In this document: positions 10,516 through 23,248 of the stretch, piece by piece | Position numbering within the stretch: the stretch's first letter is position 1 | Layout of the letters: each line of letters begins with the position of its first letter | Position numbers and translations under genes: made by a program | The notes under the pieces: generated by a model | What the model was told of the DNA's origin: nothing | Seen by the model: the letters and a program-made list of their open reading frames with translations, nothing else | The model's database searches: none | Assembly (NCBI GenBank): GCA_023920165.1 | Contig: CP089274.1 | Location: 2,418,001 to 2,482,000 of the forward strand | Reading direction: 5' to 3' | Origin: Curvularia clavata | Lineage: Eukaryota | DNA: 64,000 nucleotides

Positions 10516-11603
10516 ATGGCTCGCGAAGAGGCGGTGGCAAGCTTAATGAGCCTCCCACTTGAGCTGCGACACTCCATTTTCGAGTACCTATCTGCACGCG
10601 AGATTAAACCTAGAAAGCTTTTGCGCTACTGGTTCGAAAATGAGGAGGTGAAGTGGCGCTACCCAACCGAAGGTGGAGTAGTAGTTCTTTTCAGTGACGA
10701 TGACTGCGACACTGAGCGTGAGAGTCTCAAAGATGAGGATCACGAAGAGGATACGGACGACGAAAACGGCAGGAGAGATGAAGAGGAGCAGAACATCGAG
10801 GGAAATGAGGACGAGGCTCAGGGTACTGAGGACGCTGACGAGGACCAAGAAGGCAACGAAGACAATGAGAATGAGGCAACTTGGAATCATGGAAATGCAG
10901 AAGACCTCCCTTCTCTCAGCCCTGAACGTCTCCATAAGAAGTGGCGCCATATTCCACACTTCCTCCGCTTGACCCATTGTCCGCCACCAGTGGATCTATT
11001 CTTGGCATGCCGACAACTGAATACTGAAGCTAAGAATTGGTATTATGATGTTGCTGCCCTGCGCATCAATGCAACTGGCAGCTTCGCCCACACAAAGTTC
11101 TGGCAGGAAGCTATGTTCAAAATGATTAATGCGTCCATAGCGGCTGTCGAGGGCAGCAGAGATGGATTCTCACCTCTGAACAACATTCGAAAGGCCGAAG
11201 TCACATTCGTTTGGGATTCCACCTGGATACGCAAAGACAACACAGGAAGCTCGCAGGCCATATTACCTGCTCTTCTCAGGCAAAGAGGGAGAGTCGTCTA
11301 CCAGGCCTTGAACGAGGCCTCGAAACTACACGAGGTTGTCATCCATTGGTACGCAGAAGCTCCTAATTAGTGACGCGCAGAAGCTAACCCTGTTACAAAT
11401 ATAGGCACGACTCTGCCCAAGACAATGAGGCCACCAATCTTAAGAATGATGTCCTAAGACCCTTCAATGCATTGTCTGCGACCATCAAGGTTAAGGAGTA
11501 CTACATTGCGCCCGATGTTGAGCCCAAGAAGCGGAGTATCGCTGGGAAGCGCCGTCTGGAGTTCGAGAACATTTACTATATGGGCCTGGATCATCCTTTC
11601 TGA
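10516..11603 (+). CDS. Uncharacterised protein with F-box-like N-terminal motif and acidic low-complexity insert
   Basis: SLMSLPLELRHSIFEYL resembles the F-box start (LPxE). Intron 11349-11404 (GTACGC..CTAAC..TAG) extends the frame through WHDSAQDNE...MGLDHPF to a TGA at 11601-11603. Confidence 0.8.
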
Positions 11604-12536
11604 ACCCACTGCTCGCCATTGCTGTTCCTCTCACCGGATGCCTAAATGCCCCCCAAAGGCTCTATCCGATCCGAAAGAATCTTCCCTGCACTTTCTTAGC
11701 TTGTAAGCAACCGACACGAATCCAATTGCAGTAGTCATATGTATCTGATTGGCCCAGAGCGTGGCCACGACAAGCCTGTGGAGTACTGCCTATTTCGCAA
11801 CGTCTAGATAACATGCGTACAGAAAAGATACGTTACATCTATGCACAAAGGGAGGCCTCATAATGCCAATACTACCCAAAAAAATCTTCCCTTGCATGTC
11901 CTTGCTGCACGTTTCATTGGCTATGAGTCGAGTTCACATCGACAGGGTAACCAGGCCAATGTGGATGATGCTGGAAACATGCCGAGGTACCCCCCATTTT
12001 GCATGACAGGAAGAACCCCTATCAGGCAATGCTAGATACACTCCGTTGACGTTTCCGGATGGCCGCGATCGACTGAATCCATGCCGTGTTGCGGGGAAGA
12101 AACAGCTGACATTCTACTAACGCTTTGCTAACATCCGTGGAAAAGATCTGCCCAACCCAGGCATGCACGTGAGTGGGCTATTATAGTTTTCGCACCGAAA
12201 CTAGTAGCACGCCGCGCCTTTAGCTTGCTATCCAGACGCACCTCGCCTCAATTCCAACGTGGAGTGGGCCCACTGAAAACACCAACGCCAGGCCATAAAC
12301 AGCAAAATCTAAGACTATGCAGGGCCCAAAATGCGGGGCGAATTCACCGTGGATGCACTGTCCCGCGTGTATCAAGGCTCCAATAGTTGACGACGGACTC
12401 TATGGGCAAATGGAAGAACGCGGATTTCTTGCTATATATATTGCATTAGGCTTGGTAGACTGCCTTTCAAGACTGCTCCAATCTTGTTTCTTTTCTGTAG
12501 TTGAACTGGATCATTCCGGCCAGTATATTTTGCGCC

Positions 12537-14430
12537 ATGGGCCTCTATTCTAAGCTCGCAGATGAGATTGACGAGGTAGACGTTATCATTGCTGGAGGTC
12601 CGTGTCCGTTCCTTCTCATTATACAGTAGCACGATTCTAACCTAATCACTACCAATAGGTGGAACAGCAGGATGCATCATAGCCGGCCGCCTTGCAGAAG
12701 ACAACCCTTCCCTTTCCATTCTTGTGATCGAAGGCGGCGCGAATAACAAAGATGCCCCCAGTGTGACCAATCCGGTTTTCTATCTCTCAAACCTCCTACC
12801 TGCCACTAAAACCGCACTATTCTATAAAGGCAACAAGTCTAAGCAACTTGCTGATCGAGAGCCCATTGTCCCGTGTGGAGGCACACTTGGGGGAGGTAGC
12901 TCGATCAACTTCATGATGTACACGCGCGCACAGCGCTCAGATTTCGACTCTTGGAATACCCCTGGCTGGTCAGCGCAGGACATGTGGCCATACCTAAAGC
13001 GACTGGAGACATACCACGGTCCAGGTAAGAAAGAACATCATGGCTATGATGGGCCTATACACGTCAGCGATGGCGGCTACCGCGTCCGTGACGTCGAGGA
13101 CGATTTCATCCGTGCTGCTGAAAAAGTTGGCATCCCCGAGATTGAAGATTTGCAGAACTTGGAGGAAAACAACGGTATCCAACGATGGCAGCGCTACGTC
13201 TCACCAGACGGCAAGCGTCAGGACACTGCCAACAGATACGTACATCCCAAGCTTGAACAGGACCAATACTCGAATCTGCATGTACTTGTCGAATCAAAAG
13301 TTGTACGCGTCCTATTTGACGACAACAAGCGTGCAACTGGCGTAGAATACACGCCAAATCCTGAATTCCAGTGTACTATTGGTTTAAGTATGCATCCAGT
13401 CAAGGCTGTCCGTGCTCGGAAACTCGTCATCGTCACATGCGGTGCTTGCGGCACGCCTCCGGTACTTGAACGCTCAGGTCTTGGATCGAAGGAAGTTCTA
13501 CAACGAGCCGGTGTGCCGCTGGTGGAGGAACTACCAGGTGTAGGGAAAGACTATCAAGACCATCATCTTCTTCTTTACCCCTACAAGACCTCACTAGAGC
13601 CACACCAGACCATGGACGCCATTCTCAGTGGACGTGCAGATGTGGCCAAGATGATGGCAAACAAAGATCCCATGCTGGGCTGGAACGGTATAGACATATC
13701 ATCCAAGCTACGACCAACCGAAGACGAAGTCAGCGCTCTTGGTCCGGAATTCAGGAAAGCCTGGGACAGGGACTTCAAGAACAACCCCAACGTACCGCTG
13801 ATGCTATGCGGACTAGTATGCGGGTTCCTGGGCGACCCAACCAGCATTCCAGCTGGGCAATACGTCACAACCGGAACTTACACAGCATACCCTTATTCGC
13901 GGGGCCACATGCACATCACAGGCCCCAAGCACGACGATGCACTAGACTTTGACGTAGGCTTCTTTAACGACGAAAACGACATTGATCTGAAGAAGCAGAT
14001 GTGGGCCTACAAGAAGCAGCGCGAAATCATGCGCCGCACAACCTTTTACCGTGGAGAGCTGGCAGCTGGTCACCCCAAATTCCCCGCCAACTCTGCTGCT
14101 GCAGTCCAAGAATCCGTCACGGCGCCACTGCAGGACGTACAGGATCTAGTCTATACGAAGGAGGATGACGAGGCGATTGAGCAGTGGCTGAGGGAGAACG
14201 TCAATACCACGTGGCATTCGCTCGGCACGTGCAAGATGGCCCCGAGAGAGGAGGATGGTGTTGTGGATAAGAATTTGAATGTTTATGGTGTGAAGGGACT
14301 GAAGATTGCTGACTTGAGTATCCCACCTAAGAACGTGGGTGCAAATACGAACAATACAGCATTGGCGATTGGCGAGAAAGCTGCGGAGATCATCATTAAG
14401 GAGTTGAAGGGTGCAGTTGGCACGCCATAG
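12537..14430 (+). CDS. GMC oxidoreductase, alcohol-oxidase-like (CAZy AA3_3), 610 aa
   Basis: Exon 1 12537-12597, intron 12598-12658. The spliced FAD-binding motif is DVIIAGGGTAG, followed by LGGGSSINFMMYTR, TWHSLGTCKM and VGANTNNTAL. Confidence 0.92.
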
Positions 14431-14534
14431 ACAATTGGATTCAGGCAACTGAACATTGGTCGTTACGTTTTATCAAGATTTATGTAAACTAGGAAGGATC
14501 TTTCTTGTTTTGTATGAAGACACGAACATTCTCT

Positions 14535-16213
14535 TTACAATCTATACCTGAACCTCCTGTTCTCGCCGTCCGTCAAATCCAAAAACTCTTCATTCTCCAC
14601 ATGTCCCTCGACAGCCTCTCTGTCTCTCTTCTTATTCACCCACATATAATACGCCCTCAGTATCAACGATGCCACCGCCGCAAACGCACACGTGACAATG
14701 ATAGTAATCTTCGCAGGCACGAAATCAGGGCTATCCTCTTGCCGAAAGGTAAGTGGCCCGATAATATTGCCCAGGCAGAAAGACATGAGCAGAATTGCAT
14801 TCATGGTGACTTTCTTCGTGTGGCCCGCATAATTAGCCGCGACCCACGAGTATAGGAGCGGCAGACTGGAGCCAATACAGTTGGTGAGATAGTTGCCGAT
14901 TAGCTTGCCTGTTTTAGCCTCGCTGGGCAAAAATGCCATGAGGCAGCCGCCGAGCATGCCAGGAATGAGCAGTGTGACAACATTGAGGCCGCGCTGATTG
15001 AAGCGGCCGGCGAGGTACGTAGCGATGAGAATAGAAATGATGCTTATAGCTCCTGAAGGGAGTTGCAGCAGTGCGGTTGTTCTAGAGTCGAAGCCAAAGG
15101 ATTTGATCAGCGTGGCTTGGTATGAGGAGACAGCACCGTTGGGAACGTTCGAGGAGATGGTGATAAGGGAGAGCATCCAGGTTTGGGGGTCTGAGAAGCA
15201 CTCAAGGACTTGGTAAGGTTTGAATTTGGTATTTTCAATTCCGGTTTGGTTTTCTCGGAGGCGTTCGATGGCCCAGACCTTTTCTTCAGGTGTGAGGCGT
15301 GAGGACATGGGGTTATCGGGTAGAAAGAGAATTACTGTTATTTGGGCGTTAGCGAACAGAGTAAATGAGGGGTTGAAAGAGCATGGCAAAGAGTACGTAC
15401 CGGTGATGCCAACACTAATGGTGATGAGGCCAACGACGAGAAACATGATTTGCCAACTCGTAAATGTATCGCTGTGGTAGTGTTGAAAACCAAAGCTAAT
15501 CAAGCTTCCGATCATCGTTCCAGTGCCAACTCCAAGATACCAAATACCAGTCCTCAACGGCTGCTCTGTTCTTTTGTACCACATTGAGGTTATGAGAATC
15601 AAACTAGGTGCAACAGCAGCTTCGAAGCAACCCAATAGGACGCGTGTGGCGACCAGGGCACCGTAGTTCTTACATACGCATGTCAGTGCCGTGACCAGAC
15701 CCCATAGAATGACTGCAGTGCCAAGATACTTTGCGGTAGGCAAACGCTGCATGGCGTAGCCATGAGGAAACTCGACGACAAGATATGAGACGTAGAAAAA
15801 CAGGGCTAGGTTCGAGAATTGGTTTGTTGTTATGTTTGCGTCGTCGTAGAGGCCCATTACCGCTGCGTAGTTGACTGCGATGGAGGGTCAGTAAGGTGGA
15901 AGGAAAAAGGGCATGTATAATGCCTTTTGATTGGAGACTGAATTTTCGTACCCAAGGTTTTGTCAAGATACTGCAGGCAGTAACAGCACCACATCAGTGG
16001 CATGATCATCCAGTCAATCTTCCGGAGTAATCTGCGTTCACCTTCGGGTGTGAGTACACCAACCTCGTGCGCATTTTTGAGGAACTCAAGAGCGGAATCC
16101 CCGTTCTTGGTCGTTTCATGGACAGTGCCAATTTCTATGTCGGAACATTGTAACGATGGCGATATATCACTTGGTTTCGAGTCAATAGGCACCTCTTTCT
16201 TGGAGACATCCAT
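14535..16213 (-). CDS. MFS transporter, anion:cation symporter (Dal5 allantoate/dipeptide permease-like)
   Basis: Motifs LLRKIDWMIMPLM..LQYLDK, WYKRTEQPLRTGIWY, NYAGHTKKVT and EFLDLTDGENRRFRY. Introns 15951-15875 and 15400-15335. Confidence 0.92.
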
Positions 16214-17077
16214 GGTTGATGATATCAGAGAATGGAGAAGATAGAGAAGCGACGAAGGGCAAGGATCGATGCTGCAAACTATCTTCCTTTAGTACAATCA
16301 TGTATGTCTACCTCATGCCTACATTTCGGCATAGAAAGTGCCGCTTCGCACACATATGCCGAACTCAAAGCCGATCAACAGGACATTTCCAATCTTAACC
16401 TATTCATCACAGATCTCCCTTCTAACCATCCAGCATATCAGATCGAAGCCGCCTTTCCAATCTAGATATCTTATCGTGAACCCCTGTTCCGACATCGCAC
16501 GATAGAACTTCCATCTCTCGCCTCCATGAATAATAGTCAAGTTAGTTGCTAGTTGCCGAGCCAGAAAGGAGGGGCCAGTGATGGTATTGGACGCAGATAG
16601 AGCCGTTAGACTGAATACTGGTGATGTCTTTGAAACCATGATGTCAGCGGAGATAGGGTGCGAATGATAACAGGGTCCATTCACTTGCGTGGCGCTAAGC
16701 GGGGTTAGGAAGGTGGTGCTGTGGAAGGGAGAGGAGGGGTCCCCAACGTTGTGAGGAGTGACGGATTTAGTATTTTCCTACAAGAAAACGCGGAGATAGA
16801 TTATCTTCGAGTATTTTGTCTATTACTCAAAGGGTTGTCAATCGTTATTCCCCTTCTCAATACGTTGGCTCGGATTCTTGATCCTCGCTAATTCTAACAT
16901 AAGGCGGTAAAAGTATAATGCGAGGTCTTTCCGTCGCAAATCCTCATAATCCAATTCACATGTTGTCTCAGTAATCGCCTTAGCCTTCCGTTGGCCGAGC
17001 TCATGACTGGTCTGGTATAGCATAAGATCGAGTAGTTTGCCTATGGACATATAAATAAAGACTTCCTCGACTATACA

Positions 17078-18382
17078 AAAATCGTCCATGAGAATGGAAA
17101 ACTCATATGGAAACTATTACCGAACCCAGACGGTAGATCTCGCGAGTATCATTTGCCCTACTTAGCCTTAGCAAACTGGGGTTTTCTGGATTGCTGGTCG
17201 ATAAGGCATTCGGGTTTCTCTCGACCTTGGCGAACTAGCTATATGGATTCGGATCAGACTATTGAGACTCCCTTGAACCAGGAAAGATAAGTGTATATCC
17301 GCCGAGTAAGATATGTCGTATAAACGATGAGGCGGGCCACAAAGCGAACAGACCCAGCAGGGCACGACCTTTTTCAGCCGTTGGCAGGAAATCCACAGTT
17401 TGGTAGAGACTCAGGAGCGCAATAACGGCACGAGTGGATGTCTGAAAAATGCTGAAAGAACCAGCTACAGTATGATACGAGGAGCCAATACCAATAGAAG
17501 CAGCAACATAAGCCCAGATTGTAGGCGCAATTTCCCATGGTGCTTCTTGTGTCTGTAGTGGTCAGTAAAAGGAAATGGGGATTCGGGTTTTCAATGAAAC
17601 ATACAAGCCAAAGAATGCTGATCCAATGTATAGCCTTCAAACTACCAGCCCAGAATGCATCGGCCCAATCGAGCGTCACTGGAGGCCACATGGTTGTGAT
17701 ACTCATAGAGGTGAGTGCAATTACGTAATGCATACGCGGCGCAAGAGAACGCACAAATTCCTGGGTACCCAATTCTTGCCATCCATCGATGAATTCGTCA
17801 TCCTGACTAGAGATGCGGATCAGAGACAAATACGTTCCTGCCAAGCCAATAGCAGCTAGGATAGCGGCAACCAGTCTCTTGATGTCAAGGGAGGGTACGA
17901 GCGATACAAAAATCGCCATTCCTATTGCGAACATAAATGATGGCTGGTGAATGTACCGGGGTAACAATGCGTGCAGACGCGTGAATAACGCACTTGGGCG
18001 ACGCGCAAGAAGTGCATAGGCGACCACAGGCTGGTACAGATACATCAGCATGTCCGTAATAGTACAAAACTAAGTGGCTACTTACGGAGATCCATATGGT
18101 ATCAAAAAATGAAGATGAAGTTGCATTAAGGGTTAGAGAACACGTGGCGATCCAGTATAGACGTGTGAGCGGAGTTGTAGAGCTTATACCGTTACTTTTC
18201 CAAATCCTAGAGTTGGCGCCCAAAGGATAGCCAACGACTGCAAGAACCAGTATCCAGCATATCAAATCATCGAATAGTGGAGGTGACCTAACATGAAAAC
18301 GAGGGATGATCGTGGCCGTAAGGGCTGCTACTGCAGTCGCTGCGGTCAGGGAACCGAAACTTAGCACGTTTTTCCAATTCAT
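17078..18382 (-). pseudogene. Truncated and decayed GT90 (CAP10-like) glycosyltransferase gene; membrane N-terminal part still open (338 aa)
   Basis: ATG at 18382; introns 18085-18031 and 17604-17553; stop at 17261-17259. Downstream, in a shifted frame: I*LVRQGREKPECLIDQQSRKPQFAKAK*GK*YSRDLPSGFG...MDDF, resembling the HPI..RQS.T...A..EY.RRY.R.PP.GF..IDDF segment of fungal GT90 proteins. Confidence 0.65.
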
Positions 18383-19038
18383 TGTTGGCCTGGAAGAAGT
18401 CAGTCTGCAATGGCAGGAAGAACTCGAGTTTAGGCAGCAAGAGCGACATGACTCTAGATCGCTCGTGTGCACATCTCAGGTACGCTAATGCTGGTGCATT
18501 CGGCGCCGACTTGGGCGCCTAGCCATGATAGGTACCGAGGCTCCTAGCACTCTTTAACCCGGCACCCTTTACCACACTCCAATCTCCTGTTACGACCATC
18601 GGGTCCACATTCTCCGGAATTGACGAGCGATTCCTCAGATGCGATGTTGGACTACCTGTGCTGCCGTATCTTCTTTCCGTGGCCGGGCGATGGACTTCAT
18701 GCAGGGACATCATGCAGATCACACCATTTGCACGGCACGGCACGGCACGAAGTGACTCAGGTACCCATCTTGTTTGTCGTGGCGTAGAAACATGTCTTTC
18801 TACGTATAATGACCATTGTCGCTTCTCAGATCACTGTTCACTCTACACTCCCAGGCTATGACTGAACTAATCCATAATAGCGTTCTCATTGGTCGAGACG
18901 ACATTTCATGAAGATTCAAGATCAATGTACATCAGACAATAAGGCTATACAGGTAGTGGCTATTGTTCTCAAGGATTACAACCATGCGCGTTATGCAAAC
19001 TACTTATGACTAACCATCAGAAAGAAATATTCGTATCT

Positions 19039-20467
19039 TCATAGCAGGTGAAACCAGGGGGTGTTCATTCCGCTCAGAAAAGAAGTCAGGCCAGAAAAGA
19101 CGATGAGGGCGCCAAACCCGCTCCCGTACCCACCAATAGCCATGCCCTCCCACGGTTTCCCCTTAACGAGTACCTCACTTAGAGGTCCCGAGACAATGTT
19201 TCCGACACCTCTACCAACACAGAGTAGCGAGTAGATCATCAGAGTGTCGACATAACCAAACCCACGAGACTCGCCTCTCCTTGCAGTTTCTCTCATGACA
19301 GCAGGCCACACAGCAGGAAAAGAGCCAGAGAAGAGACCGAAGAAGATAGCAAAGATGTAAACAAGAGAGATATGTACTGCCAGACCCCAGAAAAGGAAGA
19401 CTGAAATGGTTGCTCCGAGTGAAGAGATGAAGATACAGGTTCGGGAATTAAATCGATCCGTTAAGTGGCCCATGATGATCAGTCCAATCATCGCGGAGAG
19501 ATTCAAGAGCATGAGCGATAGCGTTGAAAGCCATGTTGATGTGCCGAAGGTTTCGCGGGTATACGTGGGCAGATAGATGCCAGGGAGATAGTAACCCGCT
19601 GCTTGGATAAGGGTCGCTAGCGCGTTGAGTAGAAAGAAGCGCGAACGGACTGCTCTCAAGTTCCAGAAAGGCTTCATCTCGGTGGCTGATGGTGGTAGTC
19701 TTGGTCTCACAAAATACGCCAGCGGCATGCCAACACCAGCAAGTATGCCTGCCCAAACACGCATTGTAGTCGCATAGCCGGTGCTGTTGAGCAATGCATT
19801 GATCATTATGGGCAGGAAGAGCCCTCCGAGACCAGCTCCACTCCCGATGATTCCGAAGGCTAGCCCCTTGCGCTTTTCAAACCATTGATCAGCGAAGACG
19901 AGTAGCGGGCAGAAAGCAAAGCTCCCGGAGATGCCTAGTAGAACTCCCTGAGTTCCGATGAGCTGGGTCACGCTGGTGCAGAAGGAACTCGCAATGGTAG
20001 CTATGAAAGAGCTGAAAAGTCCTCCTGTCGCCATCCATCGAGCCCATTGCGGCTTTCGTCTGGCAAGATGAATGACAAGGGGTAATGCAATGAAAATGAG
20101 GCCCTGGTTCAGGACACCAATGACGGCAGTGTTGGAGGATCCTGCGAAAGGCTCAGTGGTGCTGAAGTAATCTTGGAAACGGCCGAAGGAAAAGCTGAAT
20201 CCTGGATCCAGTCAGCAGGCGAGTGATAGTAGAGGAATGGATGCAGCACTCACCGATTGTCAAGACTTCGACTACAAATGCCGCGGCCAGAAACAACCAC
20301 GCAGCTTTTCCTCCGTCCTTTGGTGGTAGTTGAGAAAGTTCTTCACTAATGTTGTCGGGAGAGCAATCGCGTGACAGCTCTTTGGACTCAGGCATGGTGG
20401 ATGAGTCTTTTGAAGGTGCTTGAGCAAAGCTTTTCTCTTTATTGGTTTTAATAACTTCTTGGGTCAT
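19039..20467 (-). CDS. MFS monocarboxylate permease family (MCT/Mch-like) transporter
   Basis: LPPKDGGKAAWLFL, intron 20253-20202, then GFSFSFGRFQDY and DQWFEKRKGLAFGI, with multiple hydrophobic helices. Confidence 0.9.
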
Positions 20468-21213
20468 TTTGAAATCGTTTACCTGTGTTTAGAGCAGGAG
20501 GCGGGTTACCGGTGCAGATGTATAACACTCGAGAATTTTCTTGCTCTTATATACCAAGGGGAACGTGAACTGCGGGATGGCCATCTTCATGTTGTAAACA
20601 TCACCCAGCACCCAACAGCATTGCGCTTGGCTCACATGCACCATAGAATCACCAGGCTTAGCAGATGTATCTCTGTAATGGCAGGGCTGTATGCACGCCC
20701 TTAAAAGCACAATAGACAGCAGAAAGTCGACTAGTACACAAGAGAACCAATGGTTCAAGAGTGGCTTGGTGTTGCTTGATCATAAATCATGGCACAGTTA
20801 GCCTCAGACCTATCAGAGTCGATGTTGAGCATTCTAGCACGCCTTACCACGCCCTTGGACCTTGGCATGTTGAGAAGTATTTTATGCACATGCAGGGTTG
20901 TCGAAATAAGCGATGTTATGGATGTACAGCCATGCGACGATGCCGCATGAGCTGCCTAAAATTTCATACCGACCGCAAGTTTTTCCTTGTTCACACTTCG
21001 TGAAGGACTTGCCAAGCTTCATCCATTCGTAATGGCCCAGTATCTGTCTAATCCGAATAAAGAAATCTCCTGAGTCAACAGATAGCATAGAATTGCCAGA
21101 AAGCGAAGTGAAAACACACATTAACATGCTGGTCAGCATATTTTCCGCAAGCAATCGAACATGGTTTGCGCCTATACTTCCAGAAATATATACAATCAAT
21201 TGAACCATATAAT

Positions 21214-22422
21214 CTAGTACGAGCTTGGCACCAGGCTATTCGCCCATGCTTCGACATCTGTAAACTGACCCTCTACATCGTCTGGTATTCCGTTGCCATT
21301 CGCGTCCACCCATGGCTTTCCGGGAGCAATAGTACCTGGTCCATTCATGGGAGCTGCATTCTCATCGCTAATTGTTTGTCCCAGTTTGCCATAGCTCTTC
21401 AGCTCAGTGATAAGCCGTTGGTCAACCAAATCACGAACTTTGCTTGCGCCCGCGCTTTTCTCAGCAAGCGTCAGCGCGTCGGCCGCCGACAAGATCTTGT
21501 CCGGAGCTGGGTACCCAAACTTCTTTTGTTGGATGACCATGCCACCATAATTCTCCTTGGTAACGCTAATTTCTGCTCCATTCAGTACACCGTCTTTGCC
21601 AGGATCGTAAAAGTTGCCTTCAACGTAGCCATTGAAGTTGTCATTGCCGCGAGTGAAAGCTGACACGCTCGTGCTGGGTCCGCTGATGAAGTAATTTCTA
21701 ACAATGTTTGCCTCGCTCTTCTCACTCGAGTCACCTGCAATGTATCCGCCACCTCCTCCCCAGTTGTACACGACATTGTTCGTAAAGTCGTTCGTACCCT
21801 TGACCTTCGGGTTCCGTGTCTTGTTGTCAATGTACAGGTTACGGAATAGACTGATGCCATTACCAAGAGCAGTCTGCATCAAGCCGCCACACGAATGCGT
21901 TTCTAAGCCTTCTGCTATGATGCTGTTTTGCACCGTTATATTGCCAACTTCAGGCCCTGAGATGGAGAAGGTTTCATCGCGGCCCCAAGAAACAGATACG
22001 TGGTCGAAAATCATATTGTGGCCTTCTGCTATAGTGATAGCGTCTTTGCCGCTGCTTCCTCTCTTTCCCATCCGAATCCGGATATATCGCACGATGGCAT
22101 CGTCGGCGTTGCTGAAGCTCCATCCATTCCCATAGACAGTGATCCCGTCACCGGGGGCCGTTTGTCCCAGGATACTGACGCGTTTTGATACTACCATACG
22201 GTCGCTGATAGTAATGAGGCCGCCAACGGAAAATACAACTATTCGATCGGGTTTCGAGACGGCATCACGTAGTGAGCCAGGACCGGTATCGTTGAGGTTT
22301 GTGACGACGTAGACGGAGCCACCTCGGCCACCAACAGCATTGCGGCCAAACCCTTCGGCACCAGGGAAAGCAAGAGCAGAGGCTGATGTAGCTAGCAGAG
22401 GGAGAAGTGCGAGGAAATGCAT
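21214..22422 (-). CDS. plyC: Secreted pectate lyase, PL1 (PlyC-like)
   Basis: Signal peptide followed by AFPGAEGFG..VTNLNDTGPGSLRDA, IFDHVSVSWGRDE and TRNPKVKG; C-terminal DANGNGIPD Ca-binding-like loop; intronless. Confidence 0.9.
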   Translation of the reverse strand: MHFLALLPLLATSASALAFPGAEGFGRNAVGGRGGSVYVVTNLNDTGPGSLRDAVSKPDRIVVFSVGGLITISDRMVVSKRVSILGQTAPGDGITVYGNGWSFSNADDAIVRYIRIRMGKRGSSGKDAITIAEGHNMIFDHVSVSWGRDETFSISGPEVGNITVQNSIIAEGLETHSCGGLMQTALGNGISLFRNLYIDNKTRNPKVKGTNDFTNNVVYNWGGGGGYIAGDSSEKSEANIVRNYFISGPSTSVSAFTRGNDNFNGYVEGNFYDPGKDGVLNGAEISVTKENYGGMVIQQKKFGYPAPDKILSAADALTLAEKSAGASKVRDLVDQRLITELKSYGKLGQTISDENAAPMNGPGTIAPGKPWVDANGNGIPDDVEGQFTDVEAWANSLVPSSY

Positions 22423-22677
22423 GATGATGTGGTGTGAGAGTACTGAGGGCGTAGAACTCCCGCCCCCAGCAAAGGACTCTTTATCCTAGATAGATGCACC
22501 TCAACTACAAACATTCGTATGCCACTGCGCAATTCATCATTTTCCCTTTCAGTCATATTACCGGAGTGCGTTGTTTCTAGAGCGGCCCACGAGTAGCTAG
22601 TTGTGGCAGTACGTTGTTCCTTTAATTTACCCCAGGTAAGCCACCATCCTGATCGGCACGGAGATTTGGATGCACGT

Positions 22678-22686
22678 TCCTCCAAT
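22678..22686. promoter_or_regulatory. Putative galacturonate-responsive element (GaaR-type GARE)
   Basis: TCCTCCAAT matches TCCNCCAAT, ~260 bp upstream of the pectate lyase ATG. A CreA-type CCCCAG lies at 22630-22635. Confidence 0.4.
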
Positions 22687-23248
22687 CATAGTACCCGATC
22701 ACAATACAGCCGCCGAATCATGCTGAAAACGCTCTAAGCCAACACGTGGGCTCAGAGACATCGTAAGTCGACGTAGCATATTAGCAAGTATGTAGGACCG
22801 GGAATTCGACAAATGCACCACATGCTTCGAACTAGTCCGATGCAGTCTAGAAGCGCAGCCGGCACGAACGTCTAGGATCCTAGTAATTCAGCCGCAAAAT
22901 CGCCCTCTACAGTGTCCATTAACAAATCTCAATGGCAAAGCATTTACGGTCTGACATGGCGTACTTGGTAATTCAGAGCTTGGAACAGCTTTCAACGCAA
23001 GTGTGTGCATCACTTGTATCAAATATTTCTGGGACACGCAATACCCTTGAAATGGTAGTGATGCATCTGTGGTGGATATGCCAGAAAAACCACCGGCCGT
23101 CGCAGGTACACTAATGGCAGTGCGCTGAGTGTGTTCGCAATGTGCAGCAACTAGGACAACAGCCGAAAGAGCTTGCTCTTTGTTGTCCAGAATGTAAGAT
23201 GAGGGAACAGGTTGTGCGTGAGCCGATTCTAAACCACTGCGGTCTCGG

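Noticed and set aside
16838..17089. Independent 83-aa gene
   Set aside because: Begins at the MDDF motif of the GT90 relic and is better explained as further decayed coding sequence.
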